Shown: piece by piece, positions 59,790 to 64,000 of the stretch | Position numbering within the stretch: position 1 is the first letter of the stretch | How the letters are laid out: each line of letters opens with the position of its first letter | From: an uncultured Chthonomonadaceae bacterium | GTDB lineage: Bacteria > Armatimonadota > Chthonomonadetes > Chthonomonadales > Chthonomonadaceae | Reading direction: 5' to 3' | NCBI GenBank assembly: GCA_963835065.1 | Contig: CAWIEK010000044.1 | Location: 96,001 to 160,000, forward strand | Length of the DNA stretch: 64,000 bases | Made by a program: the position numbers and the translations under genes | Notes under the pieces: generated by a model | The model's input: the letters and a program-made list of their open reading frames with translations, nothing else | What the model was told of the DNA's origin: nothing | Database searches by the model: none

Positions 59790-60533
59790 GTGAAGTTACA
59801 GAACAAAGTGGCGATTGTGACCGGGGCGGGACGCGGGATTGGACGCGCGATTGCGCTGGCATTGGCGCATGAAGGGGCGCAGGTTGTGGTAAACTACAGC
59901 CGAAGCGCGGATGCCGCCAATGAAGTGGTCGCGCAGATTGTCGCTGGGGGCGGCGAAGCCCTTGCCGTACAGGGGGATGTGGCGGACGGAGCGCAGGTGG
60001 AGGCGCTGGTCAGCGCGGCTCTGGAGCGGTTTGGGCGCGTGGATATTTTGGTCAACAACGCGGGGATTACGCGGGACAAGCTGATTTTGCGCATGACCGA
60101 AGCGGATTGGGACGCGGTTGTAGATACCAATTTGAAGGGCGCGTTTTTGTGCTGCAAGGCCGTCGCGCCGCGCATGGTGAAACAAAGAAGCGGCGTGATT
60201 ATCAACGTCGGGTCGGTGAACGGCAAAGTGGGCGCGGCGGGACAGGCCAATTATAGCGCGTCCAAAGCGGGGCTTATCGGCCTGACGAAATCGCTTGCCA
60301 AAGAATTGGGGTCGCGCAGCATCCGCGTCAACGCCGTTTCTCCCGGCTTTATTGAAACCGACATGACCGATGCGCTCAAAGAAGAGCAGCGTCAGGCGGT
60401 CATCCAACAGGTTCCTTTGGGGCGGTTGGGAACGGGCGAGGATGTGGCGCAGGTGATTGCGTTCTTGTGTTCGGACGCCGCTGCGTACATTCAAGGCGAA
60501 GTGATTGCGGTAGATGGTGGACTGTTTATGTGA
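59790..60533 (+). CDS. fabG: 3-oxoacyl-ACP reductase
   Basis: TGAGRGIG, NNAGITRD, NYSASKAG. Confidence 0.96.
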   Translation: MKLQNKVAIVTGAGRGIGRAIALALAHEGAQVVVNYSRSADAANEVVAQIVAGGGEALAVQGDVADGAQVEALVSAALERFGRVDILVNNAGITRDKLILRMTEADWDAVVDTNLKGAFLCCKAVAPRMVKQRSGVIINVGSVNGKVGAAGQANYSASKAGLIGLTKSLAKELGSRSIRVNAVSPGFIETDMTDALKEEQRQAVIQQVPLGRLGTGEDVAQVIAFLCSDAAAYIQGEVIAVDGGLFM

Positions 60534-60573
60534 GGCGCGGCATTGCGACGACGCAGTAAAGTGCTTCGCTGTA

Positions 60574-60663
60574 TAGCCTGCGGCCCAGTGTCCTTCGGAC
60601 ACAACTTGTTGCTTAAAGAGTATTCTGTCCGAAGGACAGTCGGCGGAACGCCATACAGCGAAG
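60574..60663. repeat. REP-like nested palindrome
   Basis: CTTCGCTGTAT / ATACAGCGAAG enclosing TGTCCTTCGGACA / TGTCCGAAGGACA. Confidence 0.75.
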
Positions 60664-60701
60664 GGGTTCAGCCCGTCGCCAACAAAAATGGAGACTGCAC
60701 A

Positions 60702-62060
60702 ATGAATTCATCCCTACGGCTTGTGGTTGGGCTAAGTCTGCTCACAGTTGTTGCGCCGGCTGCGAACGCGCAGACAACAAAATCGCCTGCCGCGAGTACG
60801 CCGCAGGCCAACTCCACAGCCGTCGCCACGCCGCCTGTAATCGAAGAACAAGCGCTGAACCTGCTGAAAAAGAATCAGCAGGCTATGCTTGCGCTGAGAA
60901 CGTATTACGCCGAGTGCCGCACCATTTTAACGCGAGACAAGCCGCGCCCTGCTAATCCTAATGGGCAATTTGAATTGGCGACGCTGACGGCGGAAAAGCC
61001 TAACAAAATGCGCTACGACCGTTGGGAGTTAGCAGGCAGCCCACCTGCGAGTGGCTGGACTAAGCCCGCTGCTTCGCCAGATTACACGTTTGCCTGTGAC
61101 GGCAAGGACAATTACAAGCAGTTTGGAAAGATGTACCGCAAGGATGATCGCGTCACGCCTGAATACATGCACACGATACTGGAACCCTGGGGCGGATTTT
61201 ACGCGGAGTCTGGTTCCGCGTATGCTTCGGCTATGGCGTCGCGCAAGCAGAACGAGTTGCGCGACGCGCGCATCACCGGGCAGGAATCTGTAGAAGGCCT
61301 AACCTGCGACAAAGTGTTCGTTCACGCAGTCTCGTCCTACAACGGGCAAAAAGTTGAAAATACGGCGACGTACTCTATCGGGCCGGACGGCTTGGTACGT
61401 CACTATCTAAATCACGTTTCGTTCAACGACACGCCGGGCATTAGTTACGACGCGACGCTGACCAACATTCGCCTGAATGAACCTGTGGATGCAGCCATCT
61501 ATGCGTACACGCCGCCATCGGGCGTGAAGCCGGAGCCGGATGAGAAATCCACTCCCCTGTTGGCGAACGGCACAACGGCACCGGACTTTACCGCGACGGA
61601 CATCAACAAGAAGCCCGTAAAACTGTCGGACTTGCGCGGCAAAGTGGTGGTGATTGATTTTTGGGCGAGTTGGTGTGGGCCATGCAACGCCGCCATGCCG
61701 CACAATCAGGCCGTGATAAAGAAACTGAAGGCGGAAGGCTTGCCGGTTGTGATGCTGGCCGTAGACAATGCCGAAGGCCGTCCCGATTTTGAAACCTGGG
61801 TCAAGCAGAAGCAGGCAAGTTTGTCCGCACTGACGTTCGTCTTCATTTCGACAAAAGAAGACGTGAGCGGCAAGCAGTTCAACGTTTCGGGCATCCCGAC
61901 GCAGTACGTGCTGGACAAAAACGGCGTGGTTCGCGCTTCGTTTGTCGGCTTCGACAAGCCCGACAATGAACTGGAAAAAGCCGTTCGCGCCGCGCTGGGC
62001 AAGAGCGGGGCCGGCAAGGGTGGCAACGCGAAGATCGCCGCTGCCCCCGGCAAAAAGTAG
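60702..62060 (+). CDS. Exported TlpA/redoxin protein with N-terminal LolA-like beta domain
   Basis: Signal peptide ANA/Q; APDF, DFWASWCGPC, GIPT; YTPPSG ending the N-domain. Confidence 0.85.
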   Translation: MNSSLRLVVGLSLLTVVAPAANAQTTKSPAASTPQANSTAVATPPVIEEQALNLLKKNQQAMLALRTYYAECRTILTRDKPRPANPNGQFELATLTAEKPNKMRYDRWELAGSPPASGWTKPAASPDYTFACDGKDNYKQFGKMYRKDDRVTPEYMHTILEPWGGFYAESGSAYASAMASRKQNELRDARITGQESVEGLTCDKVFVHAVSSYNGQKVENTATYSIGPDGLVRHYLNHVSFNDTPGISYDATLTNIRLNEPVDAAIYAYTPPSGVKPEPDEKSTPLLANGTTAPDFTATDINKKPVKLSDLRGKVVVIDFWASWCGPCNAAMPHNQAVIKKLKAEGLPVVMLAVDNAEGRPDFETWVKQKQASLSALTFVFISTKEDVSGKQFNVSGIPTQYVLDKNGVVRASFVGFDKPDNELEKAVRAALGKSGAGKGGNAKIAAAPGKK

Positions 62061-62116
62061 TCTCAACAATTTCAACATGAAAGCAGACGTGAAAACTAAC
62101 AAGGAGAGCAGGGAAC

Positions 62117-62353
62117 ATGAGTACATTTGATCGCGTGAAGAAGGTTCTGGTGGAGCAACTGGATGTGGATGAGGATGCGGTAACGCAGACAGCCTCCATC
62201 GTGGACGATCTGGGCGCGGATTCGCTGGACGTGGTGGAAATCATCATGGGGCTGGAAGAGGAATTCGACGTGGAAATTCCCGACGAGGACGCCGAAAAAA
62301 TCACCACCGTGCAGCAGATCATTACCTACGTTGAAGAAAAAGGCAAGGGCTAA
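62117..62353 (+). CDS. acpP: Acyl carrier protein
   Basis: [24 protein letters not shown]. Confidence 0.98.
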   Translation: MSTFDRVKKVLVEQLDVDEDAVTQTASIVDDLGADSLDVVEIIMGLEEEFDVEIPDEDAEKITTVQQIITYVEEKGKG

Positions 62354-62354
62354 G

Positions 62355-62430
62355 TGGTTGATAGTTGATAGTTGATAGTTCGTAGTTCCCGAATGTCTAT
62401 CAACTACGAACTATCAACTATCAACTACCA
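62355..62430. repeat. Inverted heptamer arrays (GTTGATA)n / (TATCAAC)n
   Basis: Direct reading; both arms contain one matching GTTCGTA/TACGAAC variant unit. Confidence 0.92.
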
Positions 62431-62512
62431 AACTGACGCTTGCTTTCGCTCCAGATTGAGGAGCCATGAAGAGAGTTTGCACCCGGCGGCAGCGCCGGGT
62501 GAGGATTGGATT

Positions 62513-63781
62513 ATGAACGCAGAAAGTGCGAGTACGCAGCAGGCGCGGCGCGTCGTCATTACCGGTGTCGGCGCGGTGACGCCCATAGGACAATCAGCGG
62601 AAACCTTCTGGAAGGCGTGTCTGGCGGGCTGTTCCGGCGTGTCTCCCATCACGGGCTTTGACACGACCGGGTATTCCACGCGCTTTGCAGCGGAAATCAA
62701 GAATTGGGACGCCGCGCCCTACATGGAGAAGAAAGACGCCCGCCGCATGGCGACGTTTATTCAGTTTGCCGTGAAAGCCGCCGTTCTTGCGGTGGAAGAT
62801 TCCGGGCTTGCCATCAACGACGACAACCGGGATCGTATCGGCGTGTACATCGGTTCGGGCATCGGCGGCATCGGCATCATCGAGGCGCAGCACCAGATTT
62901 TGCTGGAAAAAGGGCCGGATCGCGTCAGCCCGTTCATCATTCCCGGCATTATTTGCGATATGGGCACGGGCATGGTTTCGATTGTGCTGGGTACGCGCGG
63001 CCCCAACGCCTGTATCACCACCGCCTGCACGACGGGAACCAACAACATCGGCGAAGCCTACCACATCATTCGGCGCGGCGACGCGGACGCGATGGTGACA
63101 GGTGGAGCCGAAGCGAGCATTTCTCCGCTTGCTATGGCGGGGTTCTGCCAGGCGCGCGCCCTGTCACAGCGCAACGACGATCCCGAACACGCCAGCCGTC
63201 CGTTCGATGGCGACCGTGACGGTTTCGTGATGGGCGAAGGCAGCGGCATTCTCGTTTTGGAAACGCTGGAAGGCGCAAAAGCGCGGGGCGCGAAGATTTA
63301 TGCGGAAATCGTCGGCTACGGCTCGACGGGCGATGCGTACCATATCACCAGCCCGCCCGCGGATGGCAGCGGCGCTATCCGCTCCATGAAGGCCGCGCTT
63401 GCGTCCGCAAACATGCAGCCCGAAGAAGTGGATTACATCAACGCGCACGGCACGTCCACGGAACTCAACGACAAGACCGAGACGATGGCGATTAAAACGG
63501 TGATGGGTGAGCATGCTTACAAAATCCCCATCAGCAGCACCAAGTCCATGACCGGGCATCTGCTCGGCGCGGCAGGCGCGGTGGAAGCCATTGTCTGCGT
63601 CCTGACCATTCGAGACGGCATCGTACACCCCACTATCAACTACCACACGCCCGACCCGAACTGCGATTTGGATTACGTGCCCAATCAGGCGCGTAAAGCA
63701 AAGGTAGACGTCGCCCTGTCCAACTCCTTCGGCTTCGGCGGCCACAACGGAACCCTGATTTTCAAGCGCTGCGAGGCATAA
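62513..63781 (+). CDS. fabF: 3-oxoacyl-ACP synthase II
   Basis: TACTTG, NAHGTST, KSMTGHLLG, NSFGFGG. Confidence 0.97.
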   Translation: MNAESASTQQARRVVITGVGAVTPIGQSAETFWKACLAGCSGVSPITGFDTTGYSTRFAAEIKNWDAAPYMEKKDARRMATFIQFAVKAAVLAVEDSGLAINDDNRDRIGVYIGSGIGGIGIIEAQHQILLEKGPDRVSPFIIPGIICDMGTGMVSIVLGTRGPNACITTACTTGTNNIGEAYHIIRRGDADAMVTGGAEASISPLAMAGFCQARALSQRNDDPEHASRPFDGDRDGFVMGEGSGILVLETLEGAKARGAKIYAEIVGYGSTGDAYHITSPPADGSGAIRSMKAALASANMQPEEVDYINAHGTSTELNDKTETMAIKTVMGEHAYKIPISSTKSMTGHLLGAAGAVEAIVCVLTIRDGIVHPTINYHTPDPNCDLDYVPNQARKAKVDVALSNSFGFGGHNGTLIFKRCEA

Positions 63782-63807
63782 GGGAACAATTTTTACATGC
63801 AAATACT

Positions 63808-63838
63808 TGCAGGGACACAGCATTGCTGTGTCCCTGCA
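63808..63838. repeat. REP-like palindrome or terminator between convergent genes
   Basis: TGCAGGGACACAGCA-T-TGCTGTGTCCCTGCA followed by a T run; related to the 18283 REP. Confidence 0.75.
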
Positions 63839-63879
63839 TTTTTGGCTTCTAAATACAAAGCGATTTGGCATGTAGTTTT

Positions 63880-63999
63880 TCAGATGTTGGCGGCGCGGGA
63901 TTCGGTTTCCCCAATGACGAACACCATTGCCAGCGCCAGCGCGATTTTGAGCAGCGACATAATCATGGCAAGTACGCCGACTACGGGAATGGCGAACGA
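63880..63999 (-). CDS. 3' end of a membrane protein extending beyond the window
   Basis: Reads SFAIPVVGVLAMIMSLLKIALALAMVFVIGETESRAANI*. Confidence 0.55.
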   Translation of the reverse strand, partial: SFAIPVVGVLAMIMSLLKIALALAMVFVIGETESRAANI

Positions 64000-64000
64000 A

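Noticed and set aside
1..64000. CRISPR array for the type III operon
   Set aside because: I saw no run of 25-40-bp repeats with unique spacers in any intergenic region. The heptamer arrays and the 24-bp and 54-bp repeats lack spacers.

Overview
A moderately GC-rich bacterial chromosome segment. The PEP-CTERM tail style (VPEPGSIALLxGM...FLRRRK) and the recG-coaD-yceD-rpmF-plsX-fabH-fabD-fabG-acpP-fabF order suggest Armatimonadota, but this is inference only. (1) Bases 1-7.4 kb hold most of a type III-D-like CRISPR-Cas effector operon: Cas10 (GGDD intact, probably no HD domain), a Csx10-type Cas7-Cas5 fusion, a Cas11-like subunit with an in-frame TGA, three more Cas7 proteins, a Csx19-like gene, and an unusual last gene. 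No array, cas1/cas2/cas6 or cOA effector lies in the window. (2) A TnpA-less IS200/IS605 tnpB element spans 39476-40811. Its end geometry predicts a CCAT target, the reverse complement of the ppx start ATGG, so it sits exactly between the ppx Shine-Dalgarno and its start codon. (3) A 3-kb integrase-free island lies between tRNA-Lys(UUU) and a 66-bp 3' duplicate. It carries two broken defence-like genes bracketed by a 17-bp palindrome, plus a PEP-CTERM gene with a sigma54-type promoter. (4) Other accessory genes include an uncharacterised gene coupled to a zinc-ribbon/class III cyclase/AAA/TPR gene, Rpn, two DUF4058 genes, XisH/XisI and DUF433/DUF5615. (5) There are many inverted heptamer-array elements with different units, REP-like palindromes, a duplicated 55-nt structured motif and a structured purA leader. 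About eleven single-base frameshifts and two in-frame stops are visible; these may be sequencing errors or real decay.
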